Part shown: positions 41,776-56,955 of the stretch, in pieces
Numbering within the stretch: position 1 is the stretch's first letter
Layout of the letters: every line of letters begins with the position of its first letter
From: Eledone cirrhosa
Lineage: Eukaryota
Direction: 5' to 3'
Length of the DNA stretch: 64,000 bases
NCBI GenBank assembly: GCA_964016885.1
Contig: OZ024741.1
Span: 129,766,001 to 129,830,000, forward strand
Translations under genes and position numbers: made by a program
The notes under the pieces: generated by a model
What the model was told of the DNA's origin: nothing
Databases searched by the model: none
What the model saw: only the letters and a program-made list of their open reading frames with translations

Positions 41776-42410
41776 AGGTTAAGAATAACGTCCTCGAAAT
41801 TGAAACTAGGTTTTCTGACAAGTGAATGTGTTTTTTTTTTTTTTACAATGAAATTTACGATACACTCTTTGTTTATTTACAACAGGTCTCTATAGTGATA
41901 TGGTGTTAATTAGTATTGCGTGTGTGATTATTTTCTCTTATATATATATGTGGGTGTGTATATGTGTGTATATATATGTGTGTCTGTATATATATATGTG
42001 TGTGTTTGTATATATATGTGTTTGTGTCATCATCATCGTTTAGATGTTTTTACCCAAATCCCTTATCATTCTCTGTCCTTCTTATAACCCGGCCTTAATT
42101 TGTTTATAGTTGGTGCCAACTTTGGCAAGATATTACAAAAACATCTAAACGATGATGATGACACAAACACATATATATATACAAACACACATATATATAT
42201 ACATACAGACACACATATATATACACACATATATATATAAGAGAAAATAATCACACACGCAATACTAATTAACACCATATCACTATAGAGACCTGTTGTA
42301 AATAAACAAAGAGTGTATCGTAAATTTCATTGTAAAAAAAACAAAAAAAACACATTCACTTGTCAGAAAACCTAGTTTCAATTTCGAGGACGTTATTCTT
42401 AACCTATGCC
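41771..42410. repeat. About 280-bp inverted repeat flanked by (TA)n
   Basis: Arms ggcataggttaagaataacg... (41771 to about 42050) and ...cgttattcttaacctatgcc (about 42138 to 42410). Confidence 0.9.
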
Positions 42411-43056
42411 ATATATATATCCAAAATTAAGATAAATCAAAGTGAATTTAATCTAAATCAAAACTATGGGTGTCATGCCAGAAAGGCATGCGCCATATCA
42501 CCCGTAAAATAAGCTCCAAGATCTAATAAATATGTTTCATATGTTAATCAATTCTAGTTATATATATATGTATGTGTATATATATATATATATACATATG
42601 AGTATGTGCGTGTTTATATGTATTTTACAGTTTGTTTAGATTGGAAGATACCAGATTAGACCAGTCAGACCATGTTCAGCTAAGTACTCGTTACTTGTGA
42701 AAGTAGCGTGTATGTACTGTAAACAGTTACAATATACATACATATCTAAATATAAGTATGTATACGTACATACATAGATGTATACAGACGTACAGTAGTA
42801 TGTATATACATACATACATGCACACATATATATATATGTACGTATGTTTAGCTGTCATCAGCACTGTATACCTTCCTGTCAGTTGATTGAATGTTTGAAA
42901 GTATATACTTTCCTTATGCATATTAACGGCTGAGCAGCCTAATTTGCATATCGAGTGAGTTAGTCGTATTGAAAACGATAAATGGAAAAATAGTATCAGC
43001 CGTACTAAGACTGAGAAATGAAATTTCACTTTTTCCATTTATATATACATATATAT

Positions 43057-43171
<115 letters not shown>

Positions 43172-43340
43172 GCACACACACACACAGACATATATATATA
43201 TATATACACATAATGTATATGTATATATATGTATATATATGTATATATATATATATATATACACACACATATATGTATATATGCGTATATATATATATAT
43301 ATATAAATACACATATATGTATATGTATATATATATATTA

Positions 43341-43384
<44 letters not shown>

Positions 43385-43406
43385 CACACACACACACATA
43401 TACATA

Positions 43407-43437
<31 letters not shown>

Positions 43438-43444
43438 GTATACG

Positions 43445-43517
<73 letters not shown>

Positions 43518-43977
43518 GAAAAACATTACCTTAATTGATATAAACAAATAATTTAAATGAATACTCACCACTGTTTGGGCTCCTTGTCCAATGACTTAAT
43601 CTGATATTTATATGTATAAAATTATATCGATATAAATATATGTATATATATTGGAAATTATATATATATTGAAAATAATGATGAGAAATAAATTGTCTGT
43701 AGAATGTGAATCGTAAAAGTTGATTAGCAAGTCGTTCTCATTACTCTTGTCTTCGGTTCTGTCCAATGTTTTTCGTGGGATGTAAAGTTATGTGTATGTA
43801 TTTATATATATATTGAGTTAAGAAACTTGCCTAACAACCTGTTGTTGTCTAGGATTTCTTATCTATCCAATGAACTACTGGAATGTAAAGATATAATTAA
43901 CATATAATATAAATATTTATATATATGATTGCGTATGTGTGGGGGTGGGGGTATATATGTTTGTGTGTGTATATATA

Positions 43978-44020
<43 letters not shown>

Positions 44021-45032
44021 GTATATATATATATATATATATCTATATATATATATATATATATATATATGGGTGTATATATATATATATAAGCTGGAAC
44101 TATGTGTATATATATATTTTTTTTCTCTATATTACATATGTGAATGGATATAAGTCTTTGACGGCTTTGTAATGTTAAGTTGAGTTGAGAAACTTGGCTA
44201 AAATAAGCGAGCAAGTTTGCGATGTGGCTAGTATGAACGGGTGCTGGAAACTGAGACTACATGGAGTGGAGGCCGTCAAGAAATATACCTCTTTGACATA
44301 GGATTGGGGTTGGTAGGGTGTGCTTAGTGTTATTGTTGGCGGGAAGGTTGCCATGGTATGTGTAGGGGGTTTACTGACGGACCGCATCGAACGGGGATGG
44401 GACAGGATGGTACGGGATGGGACGAGACTGCTCGGGTAGACAGTACGGGTGGCTGGCTGAGACTGGAAACGGGGATGGGTTGGAGGAAAGAGGTAAGATA
44501 GATAGATAGTTGGGGATCTGTGTGTATAAGAGAGAGAGGGAGAGAGAGAGGGAGAGAGGGAGAGATTGAAGAGGAGAGACACGTAGGGTGGGTGAATATG
44601 TACGTGAGGGGAGAGGGGGAGAGAGTATAAATAAATTAAAGAAGAGAGGGAGAAAGATATAGTGGTGGTGGTGTTGTTGACATATGAGTGTGTGTGTGTG
44701 GTTGAGAAAGGGGGGTGAGGGGGTGGGGGGGATATACAGACGGGTGTAGGGAGGAATAGAGGATTGTATGTGTGTCTGTATATATATATATGTGCCTGTG
44801 TATGGGTGTGTCTGTGCATGTGTATGTCGGTGTATATGTGCGGAGGGGAAACGTGTGGGGAGAGGAACCAAGACGATGACAGTATCAGTCGATGAGGGAG
44901 TGGGGTGGGTGGTGGGTGAGGGGTGGGGGTACGTGAGAGGAGAGGTAAGAGTGAAGGGAGGGGGAGATGTCTATACTAATGATTGAACTAACTAAAAGGC
45001 GGGGTGGTCGGACTGAACACAAATATACACAG

Positions 45033-45077
<45 letters not shown>

Positions 45078-45636
45078 GTGTATATATGCATATATATGTT
45101 TATATATGTGTGTATGTGTGTTTCTTCCTCACCCTCCCCGTCTTTCTCTTTCTAACTATATTCTAACCCCCGCCTCTCTCTACCTTCATCTAACTACCTC
45201 TTTCTCTCTCCCTGTCTCTCCCTATATAAATAAATAAATAAATATATATATATATATGTATGTATATATATATATATATATATATACATATGTATATATG
45301 TATATATATATATATATATATATACATATATGTATATATGTATATATATATGTGAGTGTATATATATATATATTTATATATATATATATACATATATGTA
45401 TATATGTATATATATATATGTGAGTGTATATATATATATATAAATGATTAAAAAAGACAAATACCGAGAACAATTAATTACACGGTCGTATTAGTTCCAC
45501 GCTTGCGGGAAAAGGAAAAATTATAAAGAAAAGGATAAAGTACGTGTGTGTGTGGTGTGTGTGTATTTGTGTATGTATGTATGTGTGTGTAAAATACATG
45601 TATATATGCACACACACACACACGCATATATGTATG

Positions 45637-45676
<40 letters not shown>

Positions 45677-45728
45677 TAAACAGATAGATAAATAGATAGG
45701 TAGGGGACTAGATAGATAGATAGATAGT

Positions 45729-45777
<49 letters not shown>

Positions 45778-45853
45778 CTGCGTGTGTATAGGTGTATGGA
45801 GGGGTGGGAAAAAAATTAAATATCGGTCGATAAAAAGATAATTAACTAGGCAG

Positions 45854-45913
<60 letters not shown>

Positions 45914-48679
45914 GGAAGGAGAGAGAGAGAGAGAGGGGTGAGAATGAGGGAGAGGTGAGATGGAGAGAGAGAGAGAGAGAGAGGGGTGAGAATGAGGGAG
46001 AGGTGAGATGGAGAGAGAGTGAGAGTGAGGGGTGAGAATGAGGGAGAGGTGAGATGGAGAGAGAGAGAGAGGGGCGAGAATGAGGGAGAGGTGAGATGGA
46101 GAGAGAGTGAGAGAGTGATCGAGAGAGAGAGAGAGAGTGGAGAATGAAACGAGAGAGAAGGGTGGAGGTAGTATTGGAGCGAGTGTTTGCTTGTTAATAA
46201 GTTGGTTGTGAGATCATTCCCACTGCATGTTACCTCAGGCAATTGTCTATCTAATACTATAGCATCAAGTTGCAGTGATGCCTTCTCTGCTGAAATTTCC
46301 TAGACAGATCTCTAGTTGCCGTACCGTTTATTTATGGGACATAAACAAGCGTACACACACACACAAGGATGTGTGAAGGTGCGTGTGTTTGCCGTAACAT
46401 AAGAGTTTCACTGAGAGAGATCAATAAAATAAGTGATGGGACCGGACCAGACCTGTAGGGTGGTGTGTGGGTGACAAGGGATGTCAGTGTCTGTCTTTAT
46501 TAACGTAAAGTGTCTGTGTCTGTGTTTATGTTTATGTTTCATAACTTTGAGAAAAGGTGGTCGATATAAGAAAAAAAATACTAAAAACTGAGATTGATAC
46601 TATCAGGTTTAAGGCGGTGCCCCAGCATGGCCGCAGTCTAATGACTGAAAATAATAACAGTATAAAAGAATGTATATATATACACACAGATATACTCATA
46701 TACATATATATAATTAATTACAACAGTGACATATATAGGTACTTAAGTTTCGTTGGGTTATACACCCCAACTCATTTAGCTTGGTATTATATATATAGGT
46801 TGACTTTGCCTTTCATCCTTACGGGGTCGATAAAACATAGTACCAGTAATGCACTGGGTAATTGCTGGCCTTGTGCCTAAAGTAGAAACAATTATATATA
46901 TATATATAGTGCGGTGATATACAGGGCGGTGAATTGGCAGTATCGGTAGAGGGTTGGTCTAGCATAGTTACTTCTTTACAGTCTGAGTTCAAATCCTGCC
47001 GAGGTTGTCCTTGCCTTTCATCCTTACGGGGTCGATAAAATAAAGTACCAGTAATGCACTGGTTATTTGCTGGCCTTGTGCCTAATTAGAAAAAATTATA
47101 TATATATATAAATTATGTCCTTAGAATCATTTGATAAGATATATACTCAATTTCCTCTCCCAATTAGCATAATCAACCACACAAAAAACCAATTAAACCA
47201 GGCTATAAGATTAAAAGACACCTGTGAAGAAATAATAGATAAATAAACGATAGCCATCTATTCGCGGTCAACAGCCATAGAATATTTACCCAGCATTTCA
47301 ATAGCACGTGGAAATCGATTAAATATATCGTCAAACATACACAATTAGGTATAAAATTAAAGTTAGAAGAAAAAATGCATATACACATACCATATATATA
47401 TATATATCGGAGTCATACTTTTTCATATATATATATATATATATATGAAAAAGTATGACTCGACCTCAGAGCTCAAGCCGTTCCGACGGCTATTTCTGGT
47501 ACTCTGGTGCGTTATGGTCCATGTGGTTCCTTACCACAATTCCTTCGTTATACATATATATATATATATATATATATGTGAATAAAGTTAGTCCTTCATC
47601 AGTGATCTTCCAACCATCATCGGTATTTCATCGCTTTAAAGACCATATACCTCCGGTTGGTGCGAGCAACGGCTAAAGAAAGTCGTTGGGACACGTATAT
47701 AAAGGGAACAGCGAGAGTGTAAACAAACAAAGATGGTAAAGCAACGAAAAGTGAGGAAGAACGAGTCAAGTCCCAAATTTCCATGAATATAAGTTCGGTG
47801 AAATCGTGAACGAGAGAGAATAAAGACCATCAAACCTGGTTGAAATGTGAGCAAGGAAGGAATTCCGCACAGGTCAAACGGGAGGAAGAAGGAGTCCAGT
47901 CTGTGAATTCGGTGAACATAAGTTCTGTGAAATCGTAGACGAGAGAGAGAAAAAAAAAATATATATATATATATATAAGAAGGAGGTACAGCATAATCGA
48001 AGCTGGTTGCAGCCAAGCTAACGAATGCAGTCGGGATGTGCAGCTAAAGCACTCAATAAGGAATTTTACCTTAGAGTTATTATAACATTACGTTTAGACA
48101 GCTATACAAATGGAAGACAGCGACCGATAGGCGAGCCGCTAGGACGAGAACAACGAAAAAAAACGACTCAGGAAAATTATGACATATATATATATATATA
48201 TGGGTCCCAAATAATAGTAGATGGGGTGAAATAAAGGGTGGGAGTTCGGTAATTAAAAAAAAACCCACCCAAAACAACAGAATTAGTCGTTTAGTTTATA
48301 TATTGCAACCCCAACCCATCCTATTTATTTTATAACGCATGGGATTTCTAGTAATCTACTTTTTATGTCATGTGTAATGTTTTTTAATGTTTAGAGAAAA
48401 TTAATTGTCGCAAAAATGCTACCACTTAAAATAAAATTTCGCCGTAGATTAAGAAAATAATAAGCAGGGTGGTGGTGGTGGCGGAATAAGAGCGGTTGTC
48501 TGAAAAATTAATAAGGGGGTTGGGGATTATTATTCAAGAACCGAGAGTAGAGTAGAGTATATATATATATATAATACAGACATAAATGGGGGTAGTGCGA
48601 TTTCATTTACTTAAGTTGTAGGGGAATACAGTAAGCGCTATAGCGGTGACGAGGGAGATTTTGGGAGCGGTCGTGATGG

Positions 48680-50480
48680 TGGTGTTGGGGATGTTTGTTG
48701 TTGGTGGTGTTGATTGTGGTGTGTTTGTTGTTGTTGGTGCTGGAGATGTTTGTGGTGATGGTGTTGATTGTGGTGTGTTTGTTGTTGGTGGTGTTAATTG
48801 TGGTGTGTTTGTTGTTGGTGGTGTTGGAGATGTTTGTGGTGATGGTGTTGATTGTGGTGTGTTTGTTGTTGGTGGTGTTGGAGATGTTTGTGGTGATGGT
48901 GTTGATTGTGGTATGTTTGTTGTTGGTGGTGTTGATTGTGGTGTGTTTGTTGTTGGTGGTGTTGATTGTGGTGTGTTTGTTGTTGGTGGTGTTGGAGATG
49001 TTTGTGGTGATGGTGTTGATTGTGGTGTGTTTGTTGTTGGTGGTGTTGATTGTGGTGTTTGTTGTTGGTGGTGTTGATTGTGGTGTGTTTGTGGTGATGG
49101 TGTTGATTGTGGTGTGTTTGTTGTTGGTGGTGTTGATTGTGGTGTTTGTTGTTGGTGGTGTTGATTGTGGTGTGTTTGTGGTGATGGTATTGATTGTGGT
49201 GTGTTTGTTGTTGGTGGTGTTGATTGTGGTGTGTTTGTTGTTGGTGGTGTTGATTGTGCTGTGTTTGTTGTTGGTGGTTTTGGAGATGTTTGTGGTGATG
49301 GTGTTGATTGTGGTGTGTTTGTTGTTGGTGGTGTTGATTGTGGTGTGTTTGTTGTTGGTGGTGTTGATTGTGGTGTGTTTGTTGTTGGTGGTGTTGATTG
49401 TGGTGTGTTTGTTGTTGGTGGTGTTGGAGATGTTTGTGGGATGGTGTTGATTGTGGTGTGTTTGTTATTGGTGGTGTTGATTGTGGTGTGTTTGTTGTTG
49501 GTGATGTTGATTGTGGTGTGTTTGTTGTTGGTGGTGTTGATTGTGGTGTGTTTGTTGTTGGTGGTGTTGGAGATGTTTGTGGTGATGGTGTTGATTGTGG
49601 TGTGTTTGTTGTTGGTGGTGTTGATTGTGGTGTTTGTTGTTGGTGGTGTTGATTGTGGTGTGTTTGTTGTTGGTGGTGTTGATTGTGGTGTGTTTTTTGT
49701 TGGTGGTGTTGATTGTGGTGTGTTTGTTGTTGGTGGTGTTGATTGTGGTGTGTTTGTTGTTAGTGGTGTTGATTGTGCTGTGTTTGTTGTTGGTGGTGTT
49801 GATTGTGGTGTGTTTGTTGTTGGTGGTGTCGGAGATGTGTGTGGTGATGGTGTTGATTGTGGTGTGTGTTTGTTGTTGGTGGTGTTGATTGTGGTGTGTT
49901 TGTTGTTGGTGGTGTTGGAGATGTTGGTGGTGATGGTGTTGATTGTGGTGTGTTTGTTGTTGGTGGTGTTGATTGTGGTGTGTTTGTTGTTGGTGGTGTT
50001 GGAGATGTTGGTGGTGATGGTGTTGATTGTGGTGTGTTTGTTGTTGGTGGTGTTGATTGTGGTGTGTTTGTTGTTGGTGGTGTTGATTGTGGTGTGTTTG
50101 TTGTTGGTGTTGTTGGAGATGTTTGTGTTGATTGTGGTGTGTTTGTTGTTTGTGGTGTTGATTGTGGTGTGTTTGTTGTTGGTGGTGTTGATTGTGGTGT
50201 TTTTTTTGTTGGTGGTGTTGATTGTGGTGTGTGTTTGTTGTTGGTGGTGTTGATTGTGGTGTGTTTGTTGTTGGTGGTGTTGATTGTGGTGTGTTTGTTG
50301 TTGGTGGTGTTGGAGATGTTTGTGGTGATGGTGTTGATTGTGGTGTGTTTGTTGTTGGTGGTGTTGATTGTGGTGTGTTTGTTGTTGGTGGTGTTGATTG
50401 TGGTGTGTTTGTTGTTGGTGGTGTTGATTGTGGTGTGTTTGTTGTTGGTGGTGTTGATTGTGGTGTGTGTTTGTTGTTGG
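48680..50480. repeat. About 30-bp GT-rich minisatellite with a 21-bp variant insert
   Basis: Unit gttgattgtggtgtgtttgttgttggtggt, with or without gttggagatgtttgtggtgat. Confidence 0.95.
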
Positions 50481-51321
50481 TAGTGATGCTGTTGATGGTG
50501 TTGGTGGTGGTGTGTAGTGGCTGCGGAGTTAGTAATAATAGCATTTGTGGTAGTTGTGGTAATGGTGTTGTTAGCGGTGGTTAGTTTAGGGGTGGTGTTA
50601 GTGATGGTCCTATTGTTGTTGCTGTGTTGGTCAGAGCAGCACTTAAACCAATACGACTAATTGTTCCCACGTGAGCCCCCCATTTCTGAGGTCCCAGGCT
50701 AGAATAATTGAACGTGGTCTAACACAAGTACTTGCAACATATTACAATATATATGTAACATGTGGTGGATTGGCAGAGTGGTTATAGCTTTGGGCAACAT
50801 GCTTTGTTGTTCGAATCCCGCCGAGCTTAGCTTTAATCGACTTTCCCATCTCCGAGAATATTTTTATTTGTTTGACCCGAATTACTTGATCGTATTTTTT
50901 GGCTGTGCGAATGATTGTTTAAGCATCGTCTCAATGTGTTTGGTATTAAACGTTAGTTATAGCTCTGGTTCTTCCGAACCATTGAGCACCTTGCCGCACA
51001 TTTCGAAGATTATTTTTCGTTATTTCGTGGGCCGAAGTTCCGATTCTCGATAATTTTATTTGTATATATATATATAATATAGGGTGGTAGTTTGGCAGAG
51101 TCGTTAGATTACCGCCCTTTACGTTGTGAGTTCAAATCCCGCAGAGATTAGCTTGGTAATCAATCCTTACGGGGTTGATAAAAGAAAGTACCAGTAACGC
51201 ACTGGTGTCGATTTAAGTTGAACCCCTCTTCCCTTCAAATTGCTGGCCATGTGCCAAAATTAGAAACTATTATTTATATAACATACTACTGTTTCTCTAC
51301 ACATTTTCAGTCCGGTTTAGA

Positions 51322-54300
51322 GTAGGTGTTGTTGTTGGTGGTGGTGCAGGTAGCTTATGTAGCAGTGGTGGTTGTGGCAGTGGTGCTGTTGTTATTGTTG
51401 TTGTTGGTGGTGGTAGCTTATGTAGTAGTGGTGGTTGTGGCAGTGGTGCTGTTGTTATTGTTGTTGTTGGTGGTGGTAGCTTTTGTAGTAGTGGTGGTTG
51501 TGGCAGTGGTGCTGTTGTGATTGTTGTTGGTGGTGGTAGCTTTTGTAGTAGTGGTGGTTGTGGCAGTGGTGCTGTTGTTATTGTTGTTGTTGGTGGTGGT
51601 AGCTTATGTAGTAGTGGTGGTTGTGGCAGTGGTGCTGTTGTTATTGTTGTTGTTGGTGGTGGTAGCTTATGTAGTAGTGGTGGTTGTGGCAGTGGTGCTG
51701 TTGTTATTGTTGTTGTTGGTGGTGGTAGCTTATGTAGCAGTGGTGGTTGTGGCAGTGGTGCTGTTGTTATTGTTGTTGTTGGTGGTGGTAGCTTATGTAG
51801 TGGTGGTGGTTGTGGCAGTGGTGCTGTTGTTATTGTTGTTGTTGGTGGTGGTAGCTTATGTAGTAGTGGTGGTTGTGGCAGTGGTGCTGTTGTTATTGTT
51901 GTTGGTGGTGGTAGCAATTGTAGTAGTGGTGGTTGTGGCAGTGGTGCTGTTGTTATTGTTGTTGGTGCTGGTAGCTTATGTAGTAGTGGTGGTTGTGGCA
52001 GTGGTGCTGTTGTTATTGTTGTTGTTGGTGGTGGTAGCTTATGTAGTAGTGGTGGTTGTGGCAGTGGTGCTGTTGTTATTGTTGTTGTTGGTGGTGCTGG
52101 TAGCTTTTGTAGTAGTGGTGGTTGTGGCAGTGGTGCTGTTGTTATTGTTGTTGGTGGTGGTAGCTTTTGTAGTAGTGGTGGTTGTGGCAGTGGTGCTGTT
52201 GTGATTGTTGTTGGTGGTGGTAGCTTATGTAGTAGTGGTGGTTGTGGCAGTGGTGCTGTTGTTATTGTTGTTGTTGGTGGTGGTAGCTTATGTAGTAGTG
52301 GTGGTTGTGGCAGTGGTGCTGTTGTTATTGTTGTTGTTGGTGGTGCTGGTAGCTTATGTAGTAGTGGTGGTTGTGGCAGTGGTGCTGTTGTTATTGTTGT
52401 TGTTGGTGGTGGTAGCTTATGTAGTAGTGGTGGTTGTGGCAGTGGTGCTGTTGTGATTGTTGTTGGTGGTGGTAGCTTTTATAGTAGTGGTGGTTGTGGC
52501 AGTGGTGCTGTTGTTATTGTTGTTGTTGGTGGTGCTGGTAGCTTTTGTAGTAGTGGTGGTTGTGGCAGTGGTGCTGTTGTTATTGTTGTTGGTGGTGGTA
52601 GCTTTTGTAGTAGTGGTGGTTGTGGCAGTGGTGCTGTTGTTATTGTTGTTGGTGGTGCTGGTAGCTTATGTAGTAGTGGTGGTTGTGGCAGTGGTGCTGT
52701 TGTTATTGTTGTTGTTGGTGGTGCTGGTAGCTTATGTAGTAGTGGTGGTTGTGGCAGTGGTGCTGTTGTTATTGTTGTTGTTGGTGGTGGTAGCTTATGT
52801 AGTAGTGGTGGTTGTGGCAGTGGTGCTGTTGTTATTGTTGTTGTTGGTGGTGCTGGTAGCTTATGTAGTAGTGGTGGTTGTGGCAGTGGTGCTGTTGTTA
52901 TTGTTGTTGTTGGTGGTGGTAGCTTTTGTAGTAGTGGTGGTTGTGGCAGTGGTACTGTTGTGATTGTTGTTGGTGGTGGTAGCTTTTGTAGTAGTGGTGG
53001 TTGTGGCAGTGGTGCTGTTGTTATTGTTGTTGGTGGTGCTGGTAGCTTATGTAGTAGTGGTGGTTGTGGCAGTGGTGCTGTTGTTATTGTTGTTGGTGGT
53101 GGTAGCTTTTGTAGTAGTGGTGGTTGTGGCAGTGGTGCTGTTGTGATTGTTGTTGGTGGTGGTAGCTTATGTAGTAGTGGTGGTTGTGGCAGTGGTGCTG
53201 TTGTTATTGTTGTTGGTGGTGGTAGCTTTTGTAGTAGTGGTGGTTGTGGCAGTGGTGCTGTTGTGATTGTTGTTGGAGGTGGTAGCTTTTGTAGTAGTGG
53301 TGGTTGTGGCAGTGGTGCTGTTGTTATTGTTGTTGGTGGTGGTAGCTTTTGTAGTAGTGGTGGTTGTGGCAGTGGTGCTGTTGTGATTGTTGTTGGTGGT
53401 GCTGGTAGCTTATGTAGTAGTGGTGGTTGTGGCAGTGGTGCTGTTGTTATTGTTGTTGTTGGTGGTGCTGGTAGCTTATGTAGTAGTGGTGGTTGTGGCA
53501 GTGGTGCTGTTGTTATTGTTGTTGTTGGTGGTGGTAGCTTATGTAGTAGTGGTGGTTGTGGCAGTGGTGCTGTTGTTATTGTTGTTGTTGGTGGTGCTGG
53601 TAGCTTATGTAGTAGTGGTGGTTGTGGCAGTGGTGCTGTTGTTATTGTTGTTGTTGGTGCTGGTAGCTTATGTAGTAGTGGTGGTTGTGGCAGTGGTGCT
53701 GTTGTTATTGTTGTTGTTGGTGGTGGTAGCTTATGTAGTAGTGGTGGTTGTGGCAGTGGTGCTGTTGTTATTGTTGTTGGTGGTGCTGGTAGCTTATGTA
53801 GTAGTGGTGGTTGTGGCAGTGGTGCTGTTGTTATTGTTGTTGTTGGTGGTGGTAGCTTATGTAGCAGTGGTGGTTGTGGCAGTGGTGCTGTTGTTATTGT
53901 TGTTGTTGGTGGTGGTAGCTTATGTAGTAGTGGTGGTTGTGGCAGTGGTGCTGTTGTTATTGTTGTTGTTGGTGGTGGTAGCTTATGTAGTAGTGGTGGT
54001 TGTGGCAGTGGTGCTGTTGTTATTGTTGTTGGTGGTGGTAGCTTTTGTAGTAGTGGTGGTTGTGGCAGTGGTGCTGTTGTTATTGTTGTTGTTGGTGGTG
54101 CTGGTAGCTTTTGTAGTAGTGGTGGTTGTGGCAGTGGTGCTGTTGTTATTGTTGTTGGTGGTGGTAGCTTTTGTAGTAGTGGTGGTTGTGGCAGTGGTGC
54201 TGTTGTTATTGTTGTTGTTGGTGGTGCTGGTAGGTTATGTAGTAGTGGTGGTTGTGGCAGTGGTGCTGTTGTTATTGTTGTTGTTGGTGGTGGTAGCTTA

Positions 54301-56515
54301 TGTAGCAGTGGTGGTTGTGGCAGTGGTGCTGTTGTTATTGTTGTTGTTGGTGGTGGTAGCTTATGTAGTAGTGGTGGTTGTGGCAGTGGTGCTGTTGTTA
54401 TTGTTGTTGTTGGTGGTGGTAGCTTATGTAGTAGTGGTGGTTGTGGCAGTGGTGCTGTTGTTATTGTTGTTGTTGGTGGTGGTAGCTTTTGTAGTAGTGG
54501 TGGTTGTGGCAGTGGTGCTGTTGTGATTGTTGTTGGTGGTGGTAGCTTTTGTAGTAGTGGTGGTTGTGGCAGTGGTGCTGTTGTTATTGTTGTTGTTGGT
54601 GGTGCTGGTAGCTTTTGTAGTAGTGGTGGTTGTGGCAGTGGTGCTGTTGTTATTGTTGTTGGTGGTGGTAGCTTTTGTAGTAGTGGTGGTTGTGGCAGTG
54701 GTGCTGTTGTTATTGTTGTTGGTGGTGGTAGCTTTTGTAGTAGTGGTGGTTGTGGCAGTGGTGCTGTTGTTATTGTTGTTGTTGGTGGTGCTGGTAGGTT
54801 ATGTAGTAGTGGTGGTTGTGGCAGTGGTGCTGTTGTTATTGTTGTTGGTGGTGGTAGCTTTTGTAGTAGTGGTGGTTGTGGCAGTGGTGCTGTTGTTATT
54901 GTTGTTGTTGGTGGTGCTGGTAGGTTATGTAGTAGTGGTGGTTGTGGCAGTGGTGCTGTTGTTATTGTTGTTGTTGGTGGTGGTAGCTTTTGTAGTAGTG
55001 GTGGTTGTGGCAGTGGTGCTGTTGTTATTGTTGTTGTTGGTGGTGGTAGCTTTTGTAGTAGTGGTGGTTGTGGCAGTGGTGCTGTTGTTATTGTCGTTGG
55101 TGGTGGTAGCTTATGTAGTAGTGGTGGTTGTGGCAGTGGTGCTGTTGTTATTGTTGTTGTTGGTGGTGGTAGCTTTTGTAGTAGTGGTGGTTGTGGCAGT
55201 GGTGCTGTTGTGATTGTTGTTGGTGGTGGTAGCTTATGTAGTAGTGGTGGTTGTGGCAGTGGTGCTGTTGTTATTGTTGTTGTTGGTGGTGGTAGCTTTT
55301 GTAGTATTGGTGGTTGTGGCAGTGGTGCTGTTGTTATTGTTGGTGTTGGTGGTGGTAGCTTTTGTAGTAGTGGTGGTTGTGGCAGTGGTGCTGTTGTTAT
55401 TGTTGTTGTTGGTGGTGGTAGCTTATGTAGTAGTGGTGGTTGTGGCAGTGGTGCTGTTGTTATTGTTGTTGTTGGTGGTGGTGGTAGCTTATGTAGTAGT
55501 GGTGGTTGTGGCAGTGGTGCTGTTGTTATTGTTGTTGTTGTTGGTGGTAGCTTATGTACTAGTGGTGGTTGTGGCAGTGGTGCTGTTGTTATTGTTGTTG
55601 GTGGTGGTGGTAGCTTTTGTAGTAGTGGTGGTTGTGGCAGTGGTGCTGTTGTTATTGTTGTTGTTGGTGGTGGTAGCTTATGTAGTAGTGGTGGTTGTGG
55701 CAGTGGTGCTGTTGTTATTGTTGTTGTTGGTGGTGGTAGCTTTTGTAGTAGTGGTGGTTGTGGCAGTGGTGCTGTTGTTATTGTTGTTGTTGGTGGTGGT
55801 AGCTTTTGTAGTAGTGGTGGTTGTGGCAGTGGTGCTGTTGTTATTGTTGTTGGTGGTGGTAGCTTTTGTAGTAGTGGTGGTTGTGGCAGTGGTGCTGTTG
55901 TTATTGTTGTTGTTGGTGGTGGTAGCTTATGTAGTAGTGGTGGTTGTGGCAGTGGTGCTGTTGTTATTGTTGTTGGTGGTGGTGGTAGCTTTTGTAGCAG
56001 TGGTGGTTGTGGCAATGGTGCTGTTGTTATTGTTGTTGGTGGTGGTAGCTTTTGTAGTAGTGGTGGTTGTGGCAGTGGTGCTGTTGTTATTGTTGTTGTT
56101 GGTGGTGGTAGCTTATGTAGTAGTGGTGGTTGTGGCAGTGGTGCTGTTGTTATTGTTGTTGTTGGTGGTGGTAGCTTATGTAGTAGTGGTGGTTGTGGCA
56201 GTGGTGCTGTTGTTATTGTTGTTGTTGGTGGTGGTAGCTTATGTAGTAGTGGTGGTTGTGGCAGTGGTGCTGTTGTTATTGTTGTTGGCGGTGGTGGTAG
56301 CTTTTGTAGTAGTGGTGGTTGTGGCAGTGGTGCTGTTGTTATTGTTGTTGGTGGTGGTGGTAGCTTATGTAGTAGTGGTGGTGGTGGTAGCTTATGTAGT
56401 AGTGGTGGTTGTGGCAGTGGTGCTGTTGTTATTGTTGTTGTTGCTGGTGGTAGCTTTTGTAGTAGTGGTGGTTGTGGCAGTGGTGCTGTTGTTATTGTCG
56501 TCGGTGGTGGTAGTG
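51322..56515. repeat. 60/63/66-bp minisatellite array of about 5.2 kb
   Basis: Unit ggtggtggtagctt(a/t)tgtagtagtggtggttgtggcagtggtgctgttgttatt(gtt)n. Confidence 0.97.
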
Positions 56516-56880
56516 GAAGTGGTGGTGTTGTTGTGGTGGTGGTGGTAGTTGCAGTGGTGTTGTTGTTGTGGCGGTGGCGGTGGTGGTGGTGGTTTTGGTA
56601 ATGTTGTTGATATGGTGCTGATGGGGGATGGTAGTAATGGTAATATAAGTGGTGTTAGTTGTGGTAGTGATAATGGTGTTAGGGTTTCTAGTAGTGGTGG
56701 TGATGGTCATGGCGAGTAACTTGTATACACACACTCGCTCATATATATTGCGCTGAGTTACAGCCGCTACTGGCATTGATAAATATGCTGGGTCCGTCAA
56801 CCCTTATTATATATATATATGTATATATATATAGTGAAAAGTTGGACGGGAACAAAAACAGAGAGGCAGATAAATAAAGG

Positions 56881-56955
<75 letters not shown>

